Position numbers and translations under genes: made by a program. 55,373 bases of DNA, from NCBI RefSeq assembly GCF_018977255.1, contig NW_024705308.1, forward strand, positions 1 to 55,373, in the 5' to 3' direction. The notes beneath the pieces are model-generated. The model saw nothing but the letters and a program-made list of their open reading frames with translations. It had not been told where the DNA came from and searched no databases. Source of the stretch: Callorhinchus milii (taxonomy: Eukaryota). Every line of letters begins with the position of its first letter. Position 1 is the first letter of the stretch. Positions 36,533-48,276 of the stretch are shown in pieces.

Positions 36533-37361
36533 TGTAAAGTAGTAACTCGGCAGGAGACGACTTCACGGGTAGCACACTCTTTATTTTCACCAACTTGTAG
36601 TTACACGGATGACTAACACCCTACTTCGTTACACGGGTGACCAACACCCACTTAGCTACACGGGTGACGGACACCCACTCAGCTACGACTTCGTTACACG
36701 GGTGACCAACACCCACTTAGCTACACGGGTGACGGACACCCACTCAGCTACGACTTCGTTACACGGGTGACCAACACCCACTTAGCTACACGGGTGACCA
36801 CACCCACTCAGCTACACGGGTGACAACACCCACTCAGCTACACGGGTGACTAACACCCACTCAGCTACACGGGTGACTAACACCCACTCAGCTACACGGG
36901 TGACTAACACCCACTCAGCTACACGGGTGACTAACACCCACTCAGCTGTACTGACACGGGCTCTTACGCCCCGTTGCCGTCCGGGACACACCCAGCCGGG
37001 GTGCCCGTCTCGGCTCTGGGTACCACCGTCCCGACCCACACGGGCGTCGGACTACGGTCCCCCCAGTCTCGGCTCCGAGCCACACAGGGCCCCTATCTCC
37101 TCCACCCCGTCTTCGGTCTTCAACTGGTTAACACTGACCACGAGTGCTCTCGCGCGTCCCCCTTTATACCCCTCCTGCGGACGTCGCTGAGAGTACCCAC
37201 TTATCTGACCAATCACTGCGCACTCGCTACGATCCTCTCTTCCCAGCTTGTGTGAGCGCGCCTCACCACCGGCGCGCGCGTCCATGCCACGCCCACACTG
37301 CGTTCCCAACCCCGCGCCCCGTGATCCCTCACTGCCGGCGCACGTCAATACCACCACTACA
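36533..37361 (-). repeat. 5' LTR (829 bp) with TATAAA (37163-37168) and an internal 27-bp tandem repeat
   Basis: Differs from the 3' LTR by only a few substitutions and small indels. Confidence 0.95.
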
Positions 37362-40300
37362 GACTCAACACTGCCCATAGACTCAACACTGCCCATAGAT
37401 TCAACACTGCCCTAGACTCAACACTACCCATAGACTCAACACTGCCCACAGACTCAGCACTGCCCATAGATTCAACACTACCTACAGACTCAACACTGCC
37501 CATAGATTCAACACTACCCATAGACTCAACACTGCCCATAGACTCAACACTGCCCATAGACTCAACACTGCCCATAGACTCAACACTGCCCACAGACTCA
37601 ACACTGCCCATAGACTCAACACTGCCCATAGACTCAACACTGCACCATAGACTCGAGACTGCCCATAGACTCAGCCCCATAGACTCAACACTGCCCATAG
37701 ACTCAACAATGCCCATAGACTCAACACTACCCATAGACTTACCCTTGCCATAGACTCAACACTGCCCATAGACTCAGCCCCATAGACTCAACACTACCCA
37801 TAGACTCAACAATGCCCATAGACTCAACACTACCCATAGACTCAACACTGCCCATAGACTCAACACTCCCCATAGACTCAACACTGCCCACAGACTCAAC
37901 ACTGCCCTAGATTCAACACTGCCCATAGACTCAACACTGCCCACAGACTCAACACTGCACCATAGACTCAACACTGCCCACAGACTCAACACTGCCCATA
38001 GATTCAACACTGCCCATAGACTCAACACTGCCCATAGACTCAACACTACCCATAGACTCAACACTGCCCACAGACTCAGCACTGCCCATAGACTCAACAC
38101 TATCCACAGACTCAACACTGCCCATAGACTCAACACTACCCATAGACTCAACACTGCCCATAGACTCAACACTACCCATAGACTCAACACTACCCATAGA
38201 CTCAACACTGCCCACAGACTCAACACTGCCCATAGATTCAACACTACCATAGACTCAACACTACCATAGACTCAACACTGCCCATAGACTCAACACTGCC
38301 CATAGACTCAGCCCCATAGACTCAACACTGCCCATAGACTCAACAATGCCCAGACTCAACACTGCCCATAGACTCAACACTACCCATAGACTTAACACTG
38401 CCCACAGACTCAACACTGCCCATAGACTCAACACTGCCCACAGACTCAACACTGCACCATAGACTCAACACTGCCCACAGACTCAACACTGCCCATAGAC
38501 TCAACACTACCATAGATTCAACACTGCCCATAGACTCAACACTGCCCATAGACTCAACACTAACCCATAGATTCAACACTGCCCATAGACTCAACACTAC
38601 CCATAGACTCAACACTGCCACAGACTCAGCACTGCCCATAGACTCAACACTGCCCATAGACTCAACACTACCCATAGACTCAACACTACCCATAGACTCA
38701 ACACTGCCCATAGACTCAACACTGCCCATAGATTCAACACTACCCATAGACTCAACACTACCCATAGACTCAACACTGCCCATAGACTCAACACTGCACC
38801 ATAGACTCAAGACTGCCCATAGACTCAACACTGCACCATAGACTCAACACTGCACCATAGACTCAACACTGCACCATAGACTCAAGACTGCCCATAGACT
38901 CAACACTGCACCATAGACTCAAGACTGCCCATAGACTCAACACTGCCCATAGACTCAACACTGCCCATAGACTCAACACTACCCATAGACTCAACACTAC
39001 CCATAGACTCAACACTGCACCCATAGACTCAACACTACCCATAGACTCAACACTACCCATAGACTCAACACTGCACCATAGACTCAACACTGCACCATAG
39101 ACTCAACACTGCCCACAGACTCAACACTGCCCATAGACTCAAAACTGCCCCATAGACTCAACACTGCACCATAGACTCGAGACTGCCCATAGACTCAACA
39201 CTGCCCATAGACTCAGCCCCATAGACTCAACACTGCCCATAGACTCAACAATGCCCATAGACTCAACAATGCCCATAGACTTAACACTGCCCATAGACTC
39301 AACACTGCCCATAGAATCAGCCCCATAGACTCAACACTGCCCATAGACTCAACAATGCCCATAGACTCAACACTACCCATAGACTCAACACTGCCCATAG
39401 ACTCAACACTGCCCATAGACTCAACACTACCCATAGACTTAACACTGCCCACAGACTCAACACTGCACCATAGACTCAACACTGCCCATAGACTCAACAC
39501 TGCCCACAGACTCAACACTGCACCATAGACTCAACACTGCCCACAGACTCAACACTGCCCATAGATTCAACACTACCCATAGACTCAACACTACCCATAG
39601 ACTCAGCACTGCACCATAGACTCAGCACCGCACCATAGACTCAACACTGCCCATAGACTCAGCCCCATAGACTCAACACTACCCATAGACTCAACAATGC
39701 CCATAGACTCAACAATGCCCATAGACTTAACACTGCCCATAGACTCAACACTGCCCATAGACTCAGCCCCATAGACTCAACACTGCCCATAGACTCAACA
39801 ATGCCCATAGACTCAACACTACCCATAGACTCAACACTGCCCATAGACTCAACACTGCCCATAGACTCAACACTACCCATAGACTTAACACTGCCCACAG
39901 ACTCAACACTGCACCATAGACTCAACACTGCCCATAGACTCAACACTGCCCACAGACTCAACACTGCACCATAGACTCAACACTGCCCACAGACTCAACA
40001 CTGCCCATAGATTCAACACTACCCATAGACTCAACACTACCCATAGACTCAGCACTGCACCATAGACTCAGCACCGCACCATAGACTCAACACTGCACCA
40101 TAGACTCAGCACTGCACCATAGACTCAACACTGCACCATAGACTCAACACTGCCCATAGATTCAACACTGCCCATAGACTCAGCATTGCACCATAGACTC
40201 AACACTGCACCATAGACTCAAGACTGCCCATAGACTCAACACTGCACCATAGACTCAAGACTGCCCATAGACTCAACACTGCACCATAGACTCAACACTG

Positions 40301-40405
40301 CACCATAGACTCAAGACTGCCCATAGACTCAACACTGCACCATAGACTCAAGACTGCCCATAGACTCAACACTGCACCATAGACTCAACACTGCCCACAG
40401 ACTCA
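37362..40405. repeat. 18-bp satellite, right block (more diverged, with a 446-bp higher-order duplication)
   Basis: Same unit with many variants. 39213-39658 is repeated from 39659. Confidence 0.95.
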
Positions 40406-40419
40406 CCCCCGCTTGAGTT

Positions 40420-41587
40420 GGAGTAGTGGTTGTAGTAGTAATTGACGGGTAGTTGTAGGGGTAGCAGTATTTTTCGTAGATATAGAGGCGGTAGTATTGA
40501 TAGCAGTAGTCGTAGTAGCGGTAGTAGTACAGGTAGTAGTTGTAGTACTGGTAGTAGTATTGGTAGTAGTTGTAGTACTGGTAGTAGTACCGGTAGTACT
40601 GGTAGTAGTATTGGTAGTAGCTGTAGTATTGGTAGTAGTTGTAGTACTGGTAGTAGTTGTAGTACTGGCAGTAGTACCGGTAGTACTGGTAGTAGTACTG
40701 GTAGTAGTTGTAGTACTGGTAGTAGTACTGGTATTAGTACTGGTAGTAGCTGTAGTACTGGCAGTAGTACCGGTAGTACTGGTAGTAGTATTGGTAGTAG
40801 CTGTAGTACTGGTAGTAGTGCAGTAGTCGTACTAGCAGTACTACTGGTAGTACTAGTCGTAGTAGACATTGTAGTAGTACTAGTTGTAGTGTTAGTACAA
40901 GCGGTACTAGTAGGATCACTACTAGTTGTAGTACTACTGCTACTACTAGTGGCACGTGTGGTAGTAGTGGTACGTGTGGTAGTAGTGGTACGTGTGGTAG
41001 TAGTGGTAGTAGTGGTACGTGTGGTAGTAGTGGTACTAGTGGTACTAGTGGTACGTGTGGTACTAGTGGTACGTGTGGTACTAGTGGTAGTAGTGGTACT
41101 AGTGGTACTAGTGGTACGTGTGGTACGTGTGGTACTAGTGGTAGTAGTGGTAGTAGTGGTACCTGCGGTAGTAGTGGTAGTAGTGGTAAGTGTGGTAGTT
41201 GTGGTACGTGTGGTACTAGTGGTACGTGTGGTACTAGTGGTACGTGTGGTAGTAGTACGTGCGGTAGTAGTGGTACGTGTGGTAGTAGTACGTGCGGTAG
41301 TAGTGGTACATGTGGTACTAGTGGTACGTGTGGTACTAGTGGTACGTGCGGTAGTAGTGGTACGTGTGGTAGTAGTGGTACGTGCGGTAGTAGTGGTAGT
41401 AGTGGTAAGTGTGGTAGTTGTGGTACGTGTGGTACTAGTGGTACGTGTGGTACTAGTGGTACGTGTGGTAGTAGTGGTACGTGTGGTAGTAGTACGTGCG
41501 GTAGTAGTGGTACGTGTGGTAGTAGTGGTACGTGTGGTACTAGTGGTACGTGTGGTACTAGTGGTACGTGCAGTACTAGTGGTAGTC
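40420..41587. repeat. (GTA/GTG)n-derived compound simple repeat
   Basis: gtagtagt/ggtacgtgt units with 3-nt periodicity. Confidence 0.9.
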
Positions 41588-41859
41588 GCATCGTCTGTGC
41601 CTCGGCTGGAGGCGATTAGTCAACAGCTGCCGACATCACAATAGTTCTCTCAAACACACTGGGGGCTGACGTAGTCACCAATCGGCACCACGTTTCGTCT
41701 CCGTGACACAACCTTGCTGGCTGATACCGGGTGGGTGGCGGGGGGCTCAACGACACATCCACAACTCACGCGAGATCTGACCCCCCAAAGAGAAGACCTT
41801 TATTTGTGAATAACTCGGCGTTAAACTCGCAACAGGAAACTTAAATGGCGATTTGAAGC

Positions 41860-42340
41860 TGTGTATAGTAGTGTATAGTGTAGTGCATAGTGTAGTGTAT
41901 AGTGTAGTATATAGTAGTGTAGTGTATACTAGTGTAGTGCATAGTAGTGTATAGTGTAGTGTATAGTAGTGTAATGCATAGTAGTGCATAGTGTAGTGTA
42001 TAGTAGTGTATAGTGTAGTGTATAGTGTAGTATATAGTAGTGTAGTGTATAGTGTAGTGTATAGTGTAGTGTATAGTAGTGTAGTGCATAGTAGTGTATA
42101 GTGTAGTGTATAGTAGTGTAGTGTATAGTAGTGTAGTGTACAGTAGTGTATAATAGTGTAGTGTATAGTGTAGTTTAGCGTAGTGTAGTGTCATGTGTAG
42201 TATATAGTGTATAGTGTAGTGTATCGTAGTGTACGTAGTGTATAGTGTAGTGTATAGTAGTGTAATGTACAGTAGTGTATAATAGTGTAGTGTATAGTGT
42301 AGTGTAGTTCAGTGTAGTGTATAGTGTCATGTGTAGTATA
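41860..42340. repeat. (GTGTA/GTAGT)n simple repeat
   Basis: Direct inspection. Confidence 0.9.
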
Positions 42341-42642
42341 GACCTGGCTATCTCAAATGATACCAGCTTAACAAAGTGGCCGATATCATCATCAACATCA
42401 TCGCTGATTCACGTGGAAATTTCAAGCGGCAAAATAACGTAAACAAACTAAAACACACGATCGGTGAGGTTTGCACTCACTTTGTGAGGCAAAAGGGGGG
42501 CTAATTTCCCTCAAGAAATGCAATAAAATGTACTTTAAACCTTTTTCTTAATATCTAAAAATTATCGTGCTGTACAAACCGCCGGCGGGAAAAGGCCGGC
42601 GTTGGTGAAATCAAGGGGGCTTTGGTCGCCAAGGGCATCCTG

Positions 42643-42701
42643 TGCGTAGTGGTTGAGTGGTCTAAGTTGTTAGATTCAGCCTCCAGTCTCTTTGCAGGCG
42701 T
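42643..42701 (+). pseudogene. Degenerate tRNA-Leu fragment lacking the T-arm
   Basis: gtggttgagtggtctaagttgttagattcagcctccagtctctttgcaggcgt aligns to tRNA-Leu GTGGCCGAGCGGTCTAAGGCGCTGGATT.AGGCTCCAGTCTCTTCGG.GGCGT. Confidence 0.55.
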
Positions 42702-42744
42702 ATATATTTTATTTTAAATAATTTTACATTTTATTCCTAAATCA

Positions 42745-42832
42745 CATACTCTTTGGTTCTTTCGGTAATGTCACGTAGGTAGAAAAAAAAAATAGATCAC
42801 AAAGTTTCGATCGTAAGACAAGCGGTCGTTCT
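42745..42832 (-). mobile_element. Degenerate Penelope-like pLTR fragment
   Basis: catactctttggttctttcggtaatgtcacgtaggt followed by a decayed hammerhead-like segment. Confidence 0.55.
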
Positions 42833-43078
42833 CGCTTCTGATCAGGGATCTATCCAGCCCACAGGTCCACAAAGACTGGCCGCTCGCTCTTACTCTGCAG
42901 GTTGAACCTAGGAACTGAGTGTTCAACTCTTCACTTCTTCGCTCTTCACCATCACCTCTTCACATTTCACCTCGATTCCTTTAAGTGTCAAATCTGGGAT
43001 TTTCCTTCAGTTCTTGTTTCACGAGGGATGGGCTCACAAGCCAATTTCAGACTCCACTCCTTGCAGATCTTCTGATGC

Positions 43079-44614
43079 TTATGCGTTTTCTGGTGTAGAT
43101 GAAGATTTTATGAATGTGCAAACGCCTTCCCGCAAAGTGCACCTGAAGGGTTTCTCTCCCGTGTGTGTTCTCTGGTGTCTTACAAGAGTAGATGAATGTG
43201 CAAACGCTTTCCCACACACACTGCACTTGAAGGGTTTCTCTCCCGTGTGTGTTCTCTGGTGTCTTACAAGAGTAGATGAATGTGCAAACGCTTTCCCACA
43301 CACACTGCACTTGAAAGGTTTCTCTCCTGTGTGTGTTCTCTCGTGTCTTTGAAGATGTTGTGACCGTGCAAACGCCTTACCGCACAGAATGCACTTGAAG
43401 GGTTTCTCTCCTGTGTGTGTTCTCTCGTGTCTTTGAAGATGTTGTGACCGTGCAAACGCCTTCCCGCACAGAATGCACTTGAAGGGTTTCTCTCCTGTGT
43501 GTGTTCTCTGGTGTTTTATAAGAGAAGATGACTGTGAAAATGCCTTCCCACACACACTGCTCTTGAAGGGTTTCTCGCCTGTGTGTGTTCTCTGGTGTTT
43601 TTTAAGAACATGTGACTGTGAAAATGCCTTCCCACACACAGTGCACTTGAAGGGTTTCTCTTCCGTGTGTGTTCTCTGGTGTCTTACAAGAGTAGATGAA
43701 TGTGTAAACGCTTTGCCACACACACTGCACTTGAAGGGTTTCTCTCCTGTGTGTGTTCTCTCGTGTCTTTGAAGATATTGTGACCGTGCAAACGCCTTCC
43801 CGCACAGAATGCACCTGCAGGGTTTCTCTCCTGTGTGTGTTCTCTGGTGTCTTACAAGAGTAGATGACTGTGAAAATGCCTTCCCACACGCAGTGCACTT
43901 GAAGGGTTTCTCTCCTGTGTGTGTTCTCTTGTGTTTTTTAAGAACAGATGACAGTGAAAATGCCTTCCCACACACAGTGCACTTGAAGGGTTTCTCCCCT
44001 GTGTGTGTTCTCTGGTGGGTCTGAACAACAGATGAATGTGCAAATGCCTTCCCGCAAATTGTGCACCTGAAGGGTTTCACTCCCGTGTGCGTTCTCTGGT
44101 GTGTTACAAGAATATATGACTGTGAAAATCCCTTCCCACACACACTGCACTTGAAGGGTTTCTCTCCCGTGTGTGTTCTCTGGTGTCTTTGAAGATGTTG
44201 TGACTTTGCAAATGCCTTCCCGCACAGAATGCACCTGCAGGGTTTCTCTCCTGTGTGTGTTCTCTGATGTTCTTTAAGAGAAGATGACCGTGAAAATGCC
44301 TTCCCACACGCAGTGCACTTGAAGAGTTTCTCTCCCGTGTGTGTTCTCTGATGTCTTACTAGAGCAGATGAATGTGCAAACGCTTTCCCACACACACTGC
44401 ACTTGAAGGGTTTCTCTCCTGTGTGTGCTCTCTGGTGGGTCTGAAAAACTGATTGCCATGCAAAGGCCTTCCCACACACAGTGCACTTGAAGGGTTTCTC
44501 TCCTGTGCGAGTTCTCTGGTGCTGTGTCAAATTTCCAGTGCAATCCGTGCTGTATGCACTCTGGTCGCATTGTTGTCTTGCCGTACCGAGCTGTGCTGAC
44601 TGCCTTTGCTCCAT
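43079..44614 (-). CDS. Tandem C2H2 (Kruppel-type) zinc-finger exon: 15 intact fingers, one C->S finger, degenerate first and last fingers
   Basis: 28-aa CxxC...HxxxH repeats with TGEKP linkers. A possible splice acceptor (cttcctctgcag) lies just upstream of the ATG. Confidence 0.93.
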   Translation of the reverse strand: MEQRQSAQLGTARQQCDQSAYSTDCTGNLTQHQRTRTGEKPFKCTVCGKAFAWQSVFQTHQRAHTGEKPFKCSVCGKAFAHSSALVRHQRTHTGEKLFKCTACGKAFSRSSSLKEHQRTHTGEKPCRCILCGKAFAKSQHLQRHQRTHTGEKPFKCSVCGKGFSQSYILVTHQRTHTGVKPFRCTICGKAFAHSSVVQTHQRTHTGEKPFKCTVCGKAFSLSSVLKKHKRTHTGEKPFKCTACGKAFSQSSTLVRHQRTHTGEKPCRCILCGKAFARSQYLQRHERTHTGEKPFKCSVCGKAFTHSSTLVRHQRTHTEEKPFKCTVCGKAFSQSHVLKKHQRTHTGEKPFKSSVCGKAFSQSSSLIKHQRTHTGEKPFKCILCGKAFARSQHLQRHERTHTGEKPFKCILCGKAFARSQHLQRHERTHTGEKPFKCSVCGKAFAHSSTLVRHQRTHTGEKPFKCSVCGKAFAHSSTLVRHQRTHTGEKPFRCTLREGVCTFIKSSSTPENA

Positions 44615-45390
44615 TAGACCAATTCTGCAGAGGAAGCGTCAGAGGAAGCGTCAGCTGCAGACAGATAATAGGAACATCCACACCATCATCAAGTCCGTAA
44701 CGTGGCACGGAGGAATGCATATATACAGTCACATGTGACTTACACGTCTATACTTATTCATATATTCATGATGTAGTGAAACAGTTTCCCAATATTCATC
44801 ACACGCGCTGTTATTGCACACAAAGAGAGATCAAATGGTCATACATATGCCTAGAAGCCCTCGTATCTTAAAAATGAATGTTAACCCAAAACTCCGAGCA
44901 CACAATTTCGGCTGTCTGGCTACAAAAGGAATATTTATAAAGCTAAATTCAGCTGACATAGCAAAAGGTGTTAAAACAATTCTATTTGTGTTATGCAGAA
45001 ATGCATAAATTCATGTTCAATCGCAACTCAGGTGTGAGTCCAGGCTCAGATGTCCTTGAAGGCTGGGATGAACAGATCCGACTTTCAGCTGTACGTGTGT
45101 GCTGTGTTCACTTCCTGTTTCCATTCTTACAAAGAGTTCCAGAGGTAAACAAAAATAAACTATTGTTCTGATATAACCTCCGTGTTCAACAGAGTTAATA
45201 GACTTTACTGCAAACACAAACTTTACACTGTCACACACTGCCATGGGTAAACAGGGGATGGTTTGACCAGAACCATGCCTGGCCACCTTCATCTGATCAC
45301 CATTAATGATTCCTCACTCCACCAAGTAATTAATTGAGGATCAATCAACATAGCCGAGGCTAACTGGAGTTTGTGTGTCTCTCTCTCTCC

Positions 45391-45550
45391 GTGGTGAGAT
45401 GTTAACTACCTCACCTGGTATGCAGGAAGTCGTGGGTTCAAACCCGGCCCTGACGCCAGCTGCTGTATATTTGGAGTTTGCGTGCGTGTCTCTCTCTCCG
45501 TGGTCGCGTGGATTTTCCTCGGATTCCCCGGGTTTGCCCTCCACATTTAG
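45391..45550 (+). mobile_element. V-SINE-like copy (3'-truncated)
   Basis: B-box GGTTCAAACCC followed by TTGGAGTTTGCGTGCGTGTCTCTCTCTCCGTGGTCGCGTGGATTTTCCTCGGATTCCCCGGGTTTGCCCTCCAC. Confidence 0.75.
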
Positions 45551-45603
45551 AGTGAACATCAGCACGATTTTAGCGTCTTTGACCGATACACATTTCCACA
45601 CGT

Positions 45604-45835
45604 ATTCTTGGTTCTTTCGGTAAAGTTACGTAGATAGAAAATATCAATAATAGATAATAAAATCAAATAAATGCCACTTGTGTTGCAATCGAAACGTCGT
45701 GGGTTTTTTTTCTTTATTTACAATTTTCTAATTTTTATTTTATTATCTGTTATTTTTATTTAATTTTCTATCTAAGTGACTTCACTGAAAGAACCAAGAT
45801 ATATGAATTCCTGCAGTCACGAAAGTTTCAAGTCA
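45604..45835. mobile_element. Penelope-like fold-back remnant containing the 3' half of the hammerhead
   Basis: Inverted arms ttcttggttctttcggtaaag / ttcactgaaagaaccaaga flank cttgtgttgcaatcgaaacgtcgtg. Confidence 0.65.
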
Positions 45836-45935
45836 AAACATTCACACACAAGTTCACAAAGCCTCACCGTGCGTTGTGGGCAGGTCGCTTCTGAAAACAA
45901 GAGCGGTAGAGCAGCTCAAGCGGGCTTGGCCCGGT

Positions 45936-46279
45936 AACAAGTACACCCGTAAAAACAAAGTTTTTCACTATAAATCCTTTATATGCGTGGCGGCTAGAGT
46001 CCTCTCGTCCTCTGGCTTGAGATGGCTGCCACCTATGGGTCAGATGATTGCATGGCACCATTAAGCAATTGGTAATTAAATATAAAAAAAATCATAAAAA
46101 GTGTAAAAATTTGGAAAAAAAATTTCACGAAAATTAATTGTCACGCACAACGAGTCTGTGTGCAAAATGTCAGCTCGATTGGATCACGGGAAGTGGGTTA
46201 AAAAACGACCGAAAGATTTGCACAGTCGTAAGCAAGCAAGCAAGCAAGTGAACTTAATATAAAGGATTTAAAAAAAAAA
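45936..46279. mobile_element. Non-autonomous Helentron/HINE-like element, copy 1
   Basis: Subterminal inverted repeat AAATCCTTTATA/TATAAAGGATTT, internal (GCAA)n, A-run termini. A near-identical copy lies at 53604. Confidence 0.6.
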
Positions 46280-46300
46280 GAAAAACTGCATAAATATTTA

Positions 46301-46382
46301 CAGTGGCGCACGGTGGCGCACGGTGGCGCAAGGTGGCGCACGGTGGCGCAAGGTGGTGCACGGTGGCGCAAGGTGGCGCACG
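46301..46382. repeat. 10-bp tandem repeat (C/A)GGTGGCGCA x8
   Basis: Direct inspection. Confidence 0.9.
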
Positions 46383-46819
46383 CGCTTTCTTGGTGGCAGC
46401 CCCCGGCTTCTCCACTGCTCGATTGATTGTTGAGTCGGCACGATGCTCGCCGTCGCTCTGGACGTCTTGTGTGTTCACACTGGTCGTTGGTCGGTGTGCC
46501 CTCAGGCACACGGCGCATTCGATGGCGCTGTCCTCTCCCTCGCAGCCGTTTGACCAGGCTTCCTCCACTGCTTCGCGCTCTCTGCTTTGCTCGCTTGGTC
46601 GACGCTTGGCGATCTCCACCCTTTTACAGGTTGATTGCTTGTCGTCACTAGTCACTCTCTCTGCTCCGTGCTTCCCTTGTTCGTGCAGCGGCCGGCTTCA
46701 CTCGCACTTAACTTCGTTCTGCGAGAAGCGACTCCGGCTATCGGCATCGGTGTTTCGTGTCCTCACGACGCTCCACCAGCCGGAGCACGGCTGAAACCCA
46801 GCCCCGACCCAGGTTGAAC

Positions 46820-47200
46820 TCAGACTTCTGCGACTCGAACGACTCCTCCTCGTTCCATCACTTCTCGAGGCACAACCGCCCCAGCTCTCTTGCGAGCCCC
46901 CGTCGCAACGCTGCGTCGCAAGCCGAGTTGCGAAACTGAGCGCGACTCGAACAGACTGCTCTCAGACTGTCACTTTAACGATGTCTCGTCGTTCCATCTC
47001 TCCTCGAGGCACGACGCGCCTCCGCTCTCTTGCGTGCCCCGTCGCAACGCTGAGCTCGACTCCAACTCGACTGCTCTCAGACTGTCACTTTAACGATGTC
47101 TCGTCATTCCATCTCTCCTCGAGGCACGATCTGCCCGAACTCTCTTGCGAGCCCCGTCGCAACGCTGCGTCGCACGCCGAGTTGCGAGACTGAGCACGAC
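46820..47200. repeat. Three diverged GC-rich tandem units of ~115-140 bp
   Basis: gactgctctcagactgtcactttaacgatgtctcgtc recurs at 46954 and 47069, with a more diverged copy at ~46820. Confidence 0.75.
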
Positions 47201-48276
47201 TCAACCCAGACTGCTCGTTCGCTGTGTGCCTGTCTAACTTAAAACGTGACTCCCTTCTCTCTGCATTCCTTGCGAGCGGGCAACCAAAAAAAAAACACAA
47301 ACAGCGAGAAGAAGCAGACACCGGCGCGATCCCTCCTCGTGACCTTTTCCTAACCCTCCAAGCATTCCTGGGCCATCTGTTTGTGCTGCGGGGAGACAAA
47401 GGCGGCCGTGCTTAACTCAAACACGCGAGCATCCACTCCTCTCTCCGCGTCTCTTGCGAGAGAAAACAACCAATGTCAGCACAAACCCCCCCCCTTTGTG
47501 ACCTTTTTACTCCCTCCTTGCTTGTCAGACCCCGCTGGAAGACAAAGGTGGTCGAGGAGATGTTTGCAATACATTTATGTGGTCCTGTGTGTTACATTTA
47601 TTCTTGAATTATTTTTTATGAGTTCCTTCGGTCTTAGTATCGTGGTTATCATTCGTCTATGTTTAATGAATATTCGTAATGCTCCTCGTCACATTATTAT
47701 TTTGGGGCTTCGCCCAGTTTAGTTCTCCAGAGATTGGTGTTTTATTCTGAGTAAATTTTTTTATGTCCTGAGGTTAAGTGCACATGCACTTAAGCTTTCT
47801 GGAATTCGTACTCTTTAGTTTTTCGGAAGGTCGTGTAGATAGGAAACATATACTTCTAAATAATATGTATGCGGTGAATATAAGGGAATTACTAATAATA
47901 AAATTATTGTTTGTTGGTTAATTATCTATGTTAAGTTTCTACTTTTCGGTAAGGAAAACGTTAAGAAAACGCGAGTTTCAACCGTTGTTTGCTCTGCACC
48001 TTATCTGTACATCTCCAGATGTCTTTGGGAGGTTAGTCCATACATCTTTTGTCCATCTGGATGTCTATGACCTCTTCGTGACCGAATTCCTATCATTTCA
48101 ACCGCCCTCCATGTCTCATGGACTCCCGGTGTGCCCGTGAGGAGAAGTGAGCCGTCCTCATTATTAAAAAAAATATATATATAGATATAATAAAAACAAA
48201 AAACAAATTTTTCTTAATTATTCTTAATATTAATAACGGAAAACAGGGCATAGATCCAACAGAAAGAAAGAAAGAC

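Larger units (their letters stand above)
30020..37361 (-). mobile_element. Full-length Gypsy/Ty3 LTR retrotransposon inserted in the 18-bp satellite
   Basis: Near-identical LTRs with TG...CA ends. 4-bp TSD GACT (30016-30019 and 37362-37365). PBS and PPT present. Domain order gag-PR-RT-RH-IN. Confidence 0.97.

Noticed and set aside
31207..36616. Plus-strand ORFs within the retrotransposon
   Set aside because: They are antisense shadows of GC-rich gag-pol.
23092..39964. Long (MGSVES)n / (WAVLSL)n ORFs
   Set aside because: They are translations of an 18-bp satellite that lacks stops in two frames, and the frames switch at random indels.
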